Below, piece after piece: positions 38,401-49,770 of a stretch of DNA of 64,000 nt. The stretch comes from Azolla caroliniana (lineage: Eukaryota; Plantae; Polypodiophyta): positions 6,386,001 through 6,450,000 of the forward strand of contig JBHGNT010000021.1 of the NCBI GenBank assembly GCA_043228905.1. Direction: 5' to 3'. Both the position numbers and the translations under genes were made by a program. How positions within the stretch are numbered: the stretch's first letter is position 1; each line of letters starts with the position of its first letter. The notes beneath the pieces were generated by a model that saw nothing but the letters and a program-made list of their open reading frames with translations, was not told the DNA's origin and did not search any database.

Positions 38401-40971
38401 TCGACCGGTGAGGATCAACTCTACAAGGAGCAGTCCCGACCGGCAAGGGACCGGTTAGCACTCGAGGATCCGGCCGAAGACGGTGAAGAAACAGAACCGG
38501 CCGAGGAAGATGAAACAGATACCGGAACCGGCCCCGATCCCGAAATGGATTCGGATGAAGAGGAAACGGAGGAGCCGGTTACCGAAGCTCCGGAACGGAG
38601 ATATCCTCTAAGAGAGAGAAGGGCCCCCCGGAGATTTCCGGAACAAGAGCACGTGCTGCTAACCGACGAGGGGGAGCCGGAAAGTTTTGAAGAAGCAAAG
38701 CGTGACAACCATAGCCGCAGGTGGTTAAGTGCCATGCAGGAGGAGATGGATTCCCTGCATGAGAACCACACATATGAACTTGTGGAGTTGCCGAAAGGTA
38801 AGCGGGCACTTCGAAACAAGTGGGTGTTCAAGCTGAAACCGGGAGATGCCGGAAACCCCACGAGATACAAAGCCAGGATCGTAGTGAAGGGGTTCCAGCA
38901 GAAGAAGGGCGTCGACTTCGACGAAATATTTGCCCCGGTAGTGAAGATGACCTCCATCCGGACGGTGCTGAGCGTAGCGGCAAGCATGGACCTCGAGGTA
39001 GAACAGATGGACGTGAAGACGGCATTCCTTCACGGTGACCTCGAAGAAGAAATCTACATGCAGCAACCGGAAGGATTCGAGAAGAAAGGGAAGGAGCAAC
39101 TGGTATGCCGGTTGAAGAAGAGCCTTTACGGACTGAAGCAGGCTCCCCGGCAATGGTACCGGAAGTTCGACTCCTTCATGACCGACGAAGGGTACCACAA
39201 AACACAGTCCGATCACTGCGTGTTTGTGAAGAAGTTCGAAGGAGGAGACTCTCTAATACTCCTCCTGTACGTGGACGACATGTTGATCGTCGGACGGGAC
39301 CAGGGCAAGATACGGATGCTGAAGAAAGCACTTCACCGAACCTTCTCAATGAAGGACTTGGGTCCGGCGAGGCAAATACTAGGGATGCACATCATCCGAG
39401 ACCGGAAGAAGAAGCATTTGTGGCTGTCACAGGAGAAGTACGTAACAAAGGTGCTTCACCGGTTCAACATGTCGGAAGCAAGACCGGTCGGATCAACCCT
39501 CCCGGCAAACTGCAAGCTGTCCAGCAAGCAAAGCCCCAAGACAAAGGCTGAGAAAGAGGACATGATGAAAGTACCATATGCCTCTGCCGTCGGAAGCTTG
39601 ATGTACGCAATGGTGTGTACAAGACCGGACATAGGATATGCAGTTGGAGTGGTGAGCCGGTACATGAGCAATCCCGGCAAAGAGCACTGGAACGCGGTCA
39701 AGTGGATACTCCGATACCTGAAGGGCATGGCAAACGTGTGCCTCCGATTCGGCTCCGGTAAGGCCGAACTCGACGGCTTTACCGATTCGGATATGTCGGC
39801 TGATGCAGATACCAGCCGGTTCACATCAGGGTATGTGATGACGTATGCAGGGGGAGCTGTTTCGTGGCAGTCGAGGCTGCAGAAGACGGTTGCGTTGTCA
39901 ACCACGGAGGCGGAGTACATGGCGGCTGTTGAAGCCGGCAAGGAAATAATATGGATGAAGGACTTCATTAGAGAGCTCGGTATCCGGCAAGAGGAGTACC
40001 GACTCTACTGCGACAGTCAGAGTGCCATCCACCTTGCGAAGAACGCGGCCTATCACTCCCGGACGAAGCACATCCAGCGAAGATATCACTGGATCCGGGA
40101 AAGGATAGAAGACCAGGAGTTCGTGCTGACGAAGATCCACACGGACGAGAACGGCTCAGATATGCTGACCAAAGTGCTCACACCCGACAAGTTGGAAGCA
40201 TGCCGGAAGAGGATTGGATTGGAGAGACATCCCATGCCGAAGTGAAGGGGGAGTTTGTTGGGATTTCGGTCCCTCCGGACGGGATGTCCCCGGAGATAAA
40301 TGACGGCAAGCTTGGTTGCGGTTACGGATGTCCCCGGAGATAAATGACGGCAAGCCCGGTTGCGGTTACGGAACCGGATGATGAAGAGTACCCGGCATGA
40401 AGCCGGATGAAGTGTACCCGGATACGGATCCGGATGATGAAGACCCCGGCTACGGAGCTGGATGCTGAAGACCCCGGCTACGGAGCCGGATGACGAATGT
40501 ACCCGGAGAGAGATCCGGATGCGGGGACATGTTTGTGAATATGTTTGCCAAGAGCCCTTGAGGCTATATTTGTAAATAGCCCGAAAGTCATATGTGTATA
40601 AATATGACTTAGGGCAAACAGTTTAAATGTTGTTGCTCATCTTCTGTTTTCACTAAGAGGGAGCGAAGTGAGAGCAGCCGAGAGAGAGTGAGAGAGAAGG
40701 AGGAAGGAAGAGGTCGACGCCTCTGTGTAATACCGCCGCCTGTGGCGAGGACAGCGAGCTCAAGGTCGTCGCCTTGCAGCTCGCCATTGTACATTCCGCG
40801 TATAGGGATAGTTGGAGTCTTGCACTCCCGTGGTTTTTTTCCCATTTAGGGTTTTTCCACGTAAAACATCCAGTGTGCCCCTCTCTCTATTGTTTTCGTA
40901 CATTGTTGTATTTCCTGTTTTCTGTGAGTTGATCCTATTCCTCGGCTCTGACCGAGCACGGTTTTTCAACA
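35425..40971 (+). mobile_element. Full-length young Ty1/copia retrotransposon; 716-bp LTRs 35425-36140 and 40256-40971; 5-bp TSD CTTTA
   Basis: TGTTG..CAACA LTRs with only two differences seen. tRNA-Met PBS TGGTATCAGAGC at 36144, PPT GAAGGGGGAG before 40256, TSD at 35420-35424 and 40972-40976. Confidence 0.98.
36172..40245 (+). pseudogene. Copia gag-PR-INT-RT-RNaseH polyprotein with two in-frame TGA stops (38290, 38329)
   Basis: CFHCGKPGHFRKNC, WVVDSGAS, LWHKRLCH, LVHTDV..DNGGEY..NGLAER, LLYVDDML, GFTDSD, STTEAEY and TKHI. One reading frame throughout. Confidence 0.95.
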
Positions 40972-43900
40972 CTTTAAACAGGAACTCGATACGCCGTATC
41001 AAGTTCCTGTTTAAAGTGTAGGTTTTAAACAGGAACTCAATACGCCGTATCGAGTTCCTGTATATAAGAAGGCTTTGAGAGAGAAAAATTGTATTTTTGG
41101 GGTAACAAATAATTTTGGGATGGAAAAGTTATCAAATTGTCTGGCAAAATTAGTCTTTTTATGTTGGCTTTCCTTACTTTTAAAAAAAAACATGCTCTAA
41201 TTATAGGTGTTTTATGACCTACTTTAGCTTTAAATAGTAGAAAATGATCCACAAATAGCCTTTACGATAGCAAATTCTCGTCAATATAGGTTTGGAATCT
41301 ATATAAGTCATACCTACTATTTAAAAGAATATATAACCCTTTTTACTTATTACGATATATATTTTCTAGGTTGAATAGCCCTGCCTATAATAGATTTTTG
41401 AATATAGGACTGCTCTTGGGAACTGTTCTTCATGTTAATATACAACCTTAATCTACGTGACTACCTAACTTATGTTTTTGCATATACTTTCTTAAATAGG
41501 TCGTTTGAAAACCTGTCGGACCGACCGGTGAAGAAAATAAAGCTTCGCATACAAGGTTCTCCAATCGAAGCCCAGACCAAGGTAGCTCCTGAGACCATGA
41601 AGAGAGGAAAAAAGCTTCTCTTTAACGAAGAGACAAAATCTCAGCCACATAGTGATGTTAGCCAAAAGAAACTTGTCGCCGCTACTGGAGGTGAAGACCT
41701 TCCTGACCAAGATCTAACGGACAAGGAATGGTGTATGCAATATGTCGACTCAAAGAAAAAAGTCGTATTGTATACAACAAAGAAGAAGGGTGAGGGGCAA
41801 CTTGGAAAGGAAACCCCATTTATGTATGGCCGTATTCTACGATTTGACTACGAAGATGCAGATTCGGCCAACATACTGGTAATGATAGAGTGCTCCAAGG
41901 GGGTACGTAAAGTGTTCCTTTTAGAAGACCTTTTAGTAAAAGAATCTTGTGGGCCAGAAGTGTTCAAAAAAGCACTTGATAGCTCACAAAACCTTATTGT
42001 TACCTTGAGGCCTTATATACAAGGCCATGTAACTCTAAGAGATGAAGTGCCCTCCCCATTGAAGCCAACAAAAAAGGTTTCCAAAGTCCAGTCAAGACCA
42101 GCAAAGAAGAAGACAACGAAAATGTCGGATACGGATTCAACAAGTGAAAACGAAGAGGAGGATAATAAGGGGACGCCAGGAGCTGAGCTGGCCTCGGGTG
42201 TTTTGTCATCCGAGCAGAATAAAATAAGGAGAGAGTTAATGCAACGGAAGCTGGTCAGGAAAGGGCAAGTATTTAATTTGCCTATAACACACATCCATCG
42301 GCCCCCTATTGATGAAAAAACAGGTCGAAGACCACTTGAGATTAGAGAGCCTCACCGCATGCATGTTCAAAATCTCAAGAAAAAAATGAAAATTAATCCT
42401 CATGCCACTGTGGTGCCTTTTATTGTTATGGTAGATCCTGAAGAATGTGAAACCATTGAAGATTTTGATATTAGAAAACATGATCAATATAATTATTTTG
42501 TCATTGGTGGATCGCATTCAGTAGAGGCACGTCGGCAACTTGTGAGAGAACATCCAACCACTTTCTTCTTCAAGTATGTCGAGTGCAAAATTTATGTTGG
42601 GCTCACAACCGAAGAGGCTAAGCTGTTGGCATGGGACCATAATAATGATAATGACTATAGGCAGAAAATGTCGTCCATTGAGCGTATACGGTTCTTCCAC
42701 CACGAGTATTTAGATGTGAAACAAAAGTTTGGTGTGAAGTTACATCCAGGCCTTCGACGTCAATGTCTGCATGAAGTCGGCATTGTGGTAGATGATAATG
42801 TTAGGTCCGATGGTCTTCGAAAGTATGAGTCTTGGTTTAAATTGGCGTTTAGAGATGGAGAAGTATGGGACCTACAAGATCAAATCTTCTCAATGTGGGA
42901 GAATAAGGAGGTAAAGGGTCAACGACAAAAGAAATGTAGGGTTGACCCTCAACTAGAGTTAAAGTCACAAGCCGCCAAGAAAATTAACTTGACAATTGAA
43001 GAAGCGGTAGATGACATGAAGCTATCTCTATGGAGAGCGATGCAAGGTATTAAGGACGAGCAGCTTCTTGTGTCGGTTTTGTCAAGGGTTGTGGCGAAAG
43101 ATTTAAGCCTTGAAGAAATGGTCACTGAGTTCAATAAGTAAGTCCCTCAAATACTGAAATTGTAGTCTATCTAGTGTAATTCAAAGTTCTAATCTTGATT
43201 TCTAATTTTACAGTCATAAGGTGTACATGAAGATCCAAGAAGTTATGATGAAACAACTTGGATGTATAACTTGGGAACAAGTGACCGAGGATTATCCTCT
43301 AACGTCTTCGTATAAGGCGTTATCAGAGTATTTTATTGCATTCAAGGATTGGGTTAGTATTCATGTTTTTTCATTACCCTTTCATCATATGTAGAGCTTG
43401 TATAATAATACCTGATGTCCTATTGCTTCTATTAGAAACCGTGTCGAGGCAAGAAACAAGGAGAAGTTAAGGATATACACGATTTCCCTACATCCTTCCT
43501 TGCACATCTCGAACGAGCCAGAAAAGAAAAGGATCGTCGCTTAGTCAAGGCGTACGAAATGGAGGAAGATGGCTCCTTTAAAAAATTTAGCCACAAAAAA
43601 GATATTACAAGAGATCTTTACTACAATGTGGTTTGCGATGATGTCATCGACTTGATCTAGAAGGTGCCAAAGAAGGAATATACGCTAATGATTGCGGATA
43701 TTCCTTACGGATTTCGAATGGCTGGGTCATCGTACGACGATGAACCGTTTAGGTTTAAACAATTGGAGAAGATGGTCAAGGATTTCGCTGAGCTAACGAC
43801 CGCATCCTTGTGGCGAATAGTTGTCTTTCATAGTATGGACCAAGGGTACTCGGTAGCTCAAGCTTTGAGATCTCGTTGCCATGGCATCGAGAACCTTGCA

Positions 43901-46135
43901 TGGTAAGGATTATTTATAGGTGTCTTTCACTATATTGCATTTCTTAAGGTTGTTGAATCTATTCTTAACTCGATGTATTATTTTTTATAGGATCAAGACC
44001 AATGTAAATAGACGGCCAACTTTTCGGTTCGTTAATGCCATTGAATACATAACGGTTGGCTACTTCAATGAAATTAAGAAACAGAGAATCAAAGAGCATT
44101 CTAATGAAGTGGGAGGTTCAAATCTATTGGTATATCCAGCAGTGACTCGGAAATTGCGACATGTCACCACGATAGAACGGGGACTTGTAAACCCATACCA
44201 AAAACCTCAACGACTTATGATGCGCTTGATCGAGATGTTTTCTGTCGAAGGAGACTGGATATTAGATCTCTTTTCTGGCGCAGGTATTCCTCGAACTAGG
44301 GTAACGATCTTGAGATAACCAATCACTTTTTTTTCGTTTGACAACTAAATCTTCTTGTTACTTACATCACAAGAACTACGTCAGCATGTGCATTGAAGCT
44401 GTTTAGAAATACAGTTGCATTGGAGAAGGACGAGGACCAAGTTATATTTATTAATATGCGGATTAAGGCTTTGTGGGAGTGCCCAGACCAGGATGAGGAG
44501 GTCGGTGCAAAGAACCTCGCCAATACAGAAAGGTTTCAACCTGCTTCGCGAGAGCCTATTCCTCCGTTAGCCGGCGAACCGGGGGAGCTAATAGAGCTTG
44601 ATGATGAGCTTATAGAAGATATTTCATTGGCTCGGCTAACAGGGGAAACCAATGCACGTATAGCCGAAGACAGTTCTACACAAGATGATGAAGAAAATGA
44701 CGTTGATGAATTGATTGCTATGTAATAGACTCTATGAAGAATATGACACTGACGATTTGTTAAGATTTCACATTATTAATACAAATATTGGGTTTTACCT
44801 AGTGGATTCTATTCTTTATAATCTTCTATATGTTTCAATTTTATTTTTATATACTTGATTAGTAGATTTATGACATTGGTTTCACCGCGTGCATAGCTGA
44901 CTACCAAACTTATGGAGAAACATGAACTAGTTTAAATGGAGGCTGATTTTGGTCCAAGCTAACCTTAACAGAACATGGCCCTATAATTGTTGCCATGACT
45001 GTCCATGTTGTTATTATGGATCTTTGTCTTCTATTGTTAAAACTATTATGTTTCTATTCCATTGCTGCTTAGATTGTGTAGTGTGTTGATAATGGTTCCA
45101 GTTGCGTTATCGTTCGGAGTTTGATCTTGTGTGAATCACCTAAGCAATAGAGTAGACCAATTTTAAATACAGGTATGAAAGCCTAATAGGTTTGTTATTT
45201 CCACGACATTATCCTAAAGTTCACTACCTTACATTGTGCACAATTATATACACATATGGTTTGATCTCATATGAACAAACTGAGGAATAGATTAGATCAA
45301 CTTTAAATACAAGTATTGAATACTTTAATAAGTTAGTTATTCCAATCACTTATCCTAATGTGCACTATCCTACATTTTCCACAATTACATACATGCACGT
45401 ATAGGTCAAAGTATAAATTATATCTCATTTTATTAGTATGGATACAAGTACACCTCATATTTTTGTAAAACTTACCTAATTAATATAAGTCTTTAAGTTA
45501 GTGTTTCCCTTGTCGCACAGTAGTGCCATATTGAGCCATAGTTGAACTTTATTATGCCTACATTAACTTATCAACATGTCTAAACTTGCATGATTTCTAA
45601 TGATCTCCACTCGTAGATCTATCATGTATTTTTATATTTGCAAATTCTCATCAAGTTGAGGAACATGTGATACTAGTGCATCCAATTTTTGTAGAGAGGG
45701 TGTATTTGCTTCGTTTTAAGAAGATTCTACAAGAGGAATGCGCAATCCTTCCACTGGTGAACACGAACGTGTTAGAAGGAAGAGAAGGGGGATCGCACGT
45801 TGGCGAGGACGAAGTGCTGCTGCAGAACCGAGTGCCGAGCTCTCTCTCTTCCAATCATCGTTCTCTCTCTTCCAATCGTCGTTCTCTCTCTTCCAATCGT
45901 CGTTCTCTACGGGGTCGGGGAGTTCGCTGCCTCTGCTTCGTGGACAGCCCGCGTGCTTCCAGCAGAGTCTCTCTCCTTCCCCTTTCCCCTTTGTTTCTTC
46001 GAGTCGTGTGGCTGTCGTCGGTGTGCGTGAGTAGGACCCCGTGTCGGGTCCATTACCGGGTTGCTGGTTGTAAGCTATTGAATATAGTAATCGGATTCCT
46101 GTTTTGCTTGCTCTTAATCTTCTGTGTGTACTTGC

Positions 46136-46174
<39 letters not shown>

Positions 46175-47665
46175 TGGTCCTAGACCCCCGTGGTCCCGCC
46201 TCTTTCTACACGCACGCGCGTAACAACGCGACATATTTGGTGAACCCGACGTGAAAGGGCGGCAAAGGAGTCGAAAGATGAGGGGATCGGAGCTAGCAGA
46301 GGCAATGGCGGTAGCCGTCGACCGGCTGGTAAGCGCTCGTGAGGGGACGGGTACCCTCGACAAAGCCATTGAATCGATTGTTGGCACTATAGGCCGGTTC
46401 GGAGGGAAAGACGCCACAAGTTATTTGGAGGCTTACCGGGCCGAAATGATCATGAAGGATATCCCGGTGGACAGGCGACTGTTAGGATTCCCTCGGGTGG
46501 TGATGCCGGGCATCCATGCGGAGGTGCTCGAGGTGTTGGCCGGATGCCAGACTTGGGAGGAGTTCGAGTTGTAGCTCCTCGAGAAGTACGGGTTTGACGA
46601 CTCGCTTCGGCTGTCGAGGCGGGACTTCATGGCGTGGGTGGAAAGCCCCGGAAAGGGGAGGAACACATCGGTGCTCCTCCAGGAGTTCGAAAAACGGTTC
46701 GCGCGGCTGTCAACGCTGGACCGGACAGTGCTCGAAATGAGTCGGGTACTAATGTTTGTCAAGTCGGTGGACGCGCTCGACAGGGAAAAGCTGGGTTCCT
46801 TATTGGAGACGGACGAAAGGCTCTCGACAGACTGGGCCATGGTAAAACGGGTCTACAGTCGTTTCGACAAACGGCGCGATTGGAGCGACGAAAGCTCGTC
46901 GGGGTTAGGGCCGGTCTCGGGGAGGAGGCTCGAGGAGTCGGTATCGGTGCCGGCCGATAGGAAGGAAGAGACCCGAATCTGGCCAAAGTCGGGGTCGGCA
47001 TCGAATGACGTGGTCAGAGGCCCATCCGGAGGAGCGGCTCTAGAGGAGCTGACACAGATGGTGCGCGACCTACAGATCGCACAGGCCCGGAGAGACAACG
47101 GCGAACAACCTCGCCACCGGAGGCCGCTGGCTGGGAAGCGGTGCATGTGGTGTGACGCGATCGGTCACATTCGGAGGGATTGCGCGGATTTCGCCGACGT
47201 GCTCAGGACCAACGTGGTTTACCTCTGGAATGGGCGGGTGCATGCGAGCGAGACCTGGAGAGCCCTAGAACTGAATACGGGGCGCGGCAGAATGAAGAGG
47301 TTCATGGAAGAGGCCACGACACGACACGTTGAAGCCGTTAACTACTCAATGTCGGCAGGAATTCGGGTCGAGGGTGATGAGACCCGGAAGGCGAAGGACT
47401 CCGGATTCTGGCCGCTAGTGCTAGAAGGCCTATCCGGAGTTCGGCTGAAGAAGGAAGAGGCTGATCGCGCGGAACAGCGGGTCCAGGAGGTCACCGGATT
47501 GGACGATCTGATCGAAGAGAAAACGGGCTTCGTAGAAGCCTCTTGCAAGAACTACGAGGTGCTTGTCGAAGACAAACGGGCAGGAAGGGCCGGGGGGGTC
47601 GGTCCCCCGCAGAGGTACGAGACTCGATTTGAACCAAAACCGACCGGTGCCGGCAACTCAGGCGC

Positions 47666-48387
47666 TGTCGCGTTGCTACGCGCGTGCGTGGAGAAGGGCG
47701 GGACCACGGGGGTCTTGGACTAAGGAGTAGAGGAGAAGGAATCGGACATGGAATGGAAGCTTTGCTCAAGAAGAAGAAGAATGAACAAGAGATTAGATCG
47801 AATAAGAGGAAGATTGAGACAAGATGATCAACAAGATATATTAAAACGAAGTGAACGATTACAAAACGGTGGCCGCATAGGCCGCACCAAACGACTACTC
47901 GAAACCCTAACCGACGAAGATGAAGATGAAGATAAAGAAGCCCTAAACCTAACCCTAACGCTCGACCTATGTGGTATACCTCGCACACTCAAAATAGGCA
48001 ACCCCCACAATGGTGCCTTCCCTCTCCTTTTATAGCACAAGGAGGGAAGACCGTTTACAAAAGTGAGACTAAAATATCCCCCTTTCATTCAAAGGGGATA
48101 TTTGCCTTGATTTGGGGAGGGTGAGATTGATGGCCCCCTTAACTCCCACCTCCTCACAAACAACTAGGTACCTATGTACCGCATAGTACCTCTCTCTCTC
48201 TCTCGCGTGGATGTGTGCACAAGACCACATCACCTTTATACCTTAGGGATCTTATGGGGCATTTCTAGCACCATACCCTTTACCCTTATTACTATTACAA
48301 ATACATTATGTACGTGTGCTACGTTGCACATCGCTCTTTGGCTCTCGTTGCTCGGGTTTCCGCTTGTGGATGAAAATCTTCACGACA
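47666..48387 (-). mobile_element. Solo LTR (722 bp) of the same gypsy group, inserted antisense into gag
   Basis: The minus strand begins TGTCGTGAAGATTTT and ends CGCGTAGCAACGCGACA like the other LTRs. Flanks GCGC/GCTC; gag continues after it. Confidence 0.8.
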
Positions 48388-49770
48388 GCTCGCCGGATGG
48401 GAAGAAGCAGGCGGGGTTTCGGTTGAGCACCAAAATCGAGAGAGCAACGGACCTACGGAAGGTCCTTGAAGAGCGGATCCTTGACAGTAAACTGGAGTTG
48501 TCGTTGCGGGAGGTGCTAGGAATTGCCAAGAGGGAGTTCCACGACTCCATCGTAGACTTGGTGAAGTAGAAGAGGCTCTCGATGGAGCCAGAACCAGAGA
48601 AGCCGGTGGAGGTGCAGACCACGCACTTGGAAGACGCGGCCCTAGAAGACGAGTTGGCGGGAAGCCACTACACGAAGCCGCATTGGGCTAGGGCAACTAC
48701 GGAAACCCCTGTACGGATCGGCAACGTTCCGGAATCGGTGGTGGCGTTGGTAGACCATGGATCCGAAATCAACCTGATGTCCATGGATTTCTACAAGAGG
48801 GGTAAATGGCCGATCAACACCAAGCACGGCTGGAAAATACGAGCAACGACGCGCGCCACGGAAGAACTACATGGGGCCTGTCCGAACGTACGGGTGAAAA
48901 TCGGCGATGTCGAGATCGACCAGCACTTCTTCGTGCAGGAGACGTCCCCGCATCCGGTTATACTAGGAGAGCCATACATCATGGTGGCACGAATGGAGAC
49001 CAAGGTGCTGGACAACGGTTCGGCCTATGCAAGAGTTAAGAGCCAGGACGAGCGTCACTCGGTCCAGTTTCTGATGGTGCGACCAAACCATGAGCGTAAC
49101 CGCGAGGCCCTCGGCGACGAAACTCGAGGGGATTTTTAGAAAGGGCTATCAAGGCGTGGGGCCGCGATAGTCCGAACACCCGGGAAAAACCCCACAAATG
49201 TACAGTACGAAAGAAGACCTGTACCATAGGTAGGAAATTTTGGTTCTTCGACAACGGAGGTTGTACTATGGCCAGCGTTAGCGGCCGGGAAAGGAAGCGA
49301 GCGGAGGAGCGGCTTAGGACATGCAGAGTCCTCTCCCCCGACGAAGAGATCAGCGGCGCCGTGGAGGCGGTCTCTTTTGACGATACCTTGGGCGAGTTAC
49401 GGAAGGTGGTCGGTGAAGACCTTAGAGAAGACCGGACCGTTTCGGTAGGTTCGATGGGAATGTATGAAGTCATCGCGGACTTCGGGGAGAGGATTGAGTC
49501 GGATCGGATGGCCCGCGTGGATACAAAGTACAAGACTGTGGACTGGAAGGTGAGACCAGTCGCGGCACCCTTGCCGGAGGGCAGCGAGGAGCGGATAAAA
49601 GGGGTCGTGTCGGACCCAAGTTTACGGAATCCGGCTGGCATAGGGCCCCGGTTCACCGACATAACGCTACGGGAGCTCAAGGTTGGTGGGGGTGGCTTTC
49701 TACTACCGGCGGAGGAGGACAGGTTCCGGAGAATGCTCGAAAGTCATGGGCACGCATCCCGCTCCGAGTA

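Larger units (their letters stand above)
35276..41057. repeat. Array of five 25-bp palindromes GAACTCGATACG(G/C)CGTATCGAGTTC at 35276, 35328, 35379, 40982 and 41033 (split by the copia insertion)
   Basis: 12-bp arms with a 1-nt centre (perfect in copies 2-3, one mismatch in 1, 4 and 5). Spacers are 27, 26, 26 (reconstructed) and 26 bp. Confidence 0.95.
35191..44725 (+). pseudogene. ParB/Srx-like domain fused to a beta-class N6-adenine/N4-cytosine DNA methyltransferase, ~974 aa; exons 35191-35225, 41500-43137, 43214-43352, 43436-43902, 43991-44283, 44373-44725
   Basis: Phase-consistent introns give 2925 nt in total. ParB-like segment LPITHIHRPP..HVQNLKKKM..VPFIVM..YFVIGGSHSVEARRQL. MTase motifs VCDDVIDLI*KVP..LMIADIPYG (IV), WIK, EYI, NPYQKPQRLMMRLI and GDWILDLFSGAGTTSACALKLFRNTVALEKD (I). 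One TAG at 43658; last acceptor AG>AA. Confidence 0.85.
31218..45773. mobile_element. TIR DNA transposon, ~9.0 kb excluding the nested copia; 36-bp imperfect TIRs, 4-bp TSD AGAA; two divergent genes (transposase and ParB-like/DNA methyltransferase)
   Basis: Left end AACACGTTCGCGTTCACAAGTGGAAGGATCACGCAT (31218-31253) matches the reverse complement of 45738-45773 at 32/36 positions. AGAA lies at 31214-31217 and 45774-45777. The empty site is visible in the sister LTR at ~51250-51280. Confidence 0.92.

Noticed and set aside
36225-40353. Numerous antisense and alternate-frame ORFs over the copia and gypsy coding regions
   Set aside because: They are shadow ORFs of GC-rich retroelement coding sequence with no independent motifs.
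35276-41057. CRISPR-like appearance of the 25-bp palindromic repeats with 26-27 bp spacers
   Set aside because: No cas genes, the context is a eukaryotic intron, and two spacers are reverse complements of each other rather than unique acquired sequences.
41432-41499. ORF-track start MLIYNLNL.. as the true N-terminus
   Set aside because: It reads through an intron 3' end (branch-like CTAAC, T-rich tract, TAG acceptor at 41499). A phase-matched exon with ATG and a TATA box exists at 35191-35225.
41432-44725. Bacterial or phage contamination as the source of the ParB-MTase
   Set aside because: The gene has five spliceosomal introns with consistent phases and lies inside a TSD-bounded element nested in plant retrotransposons.
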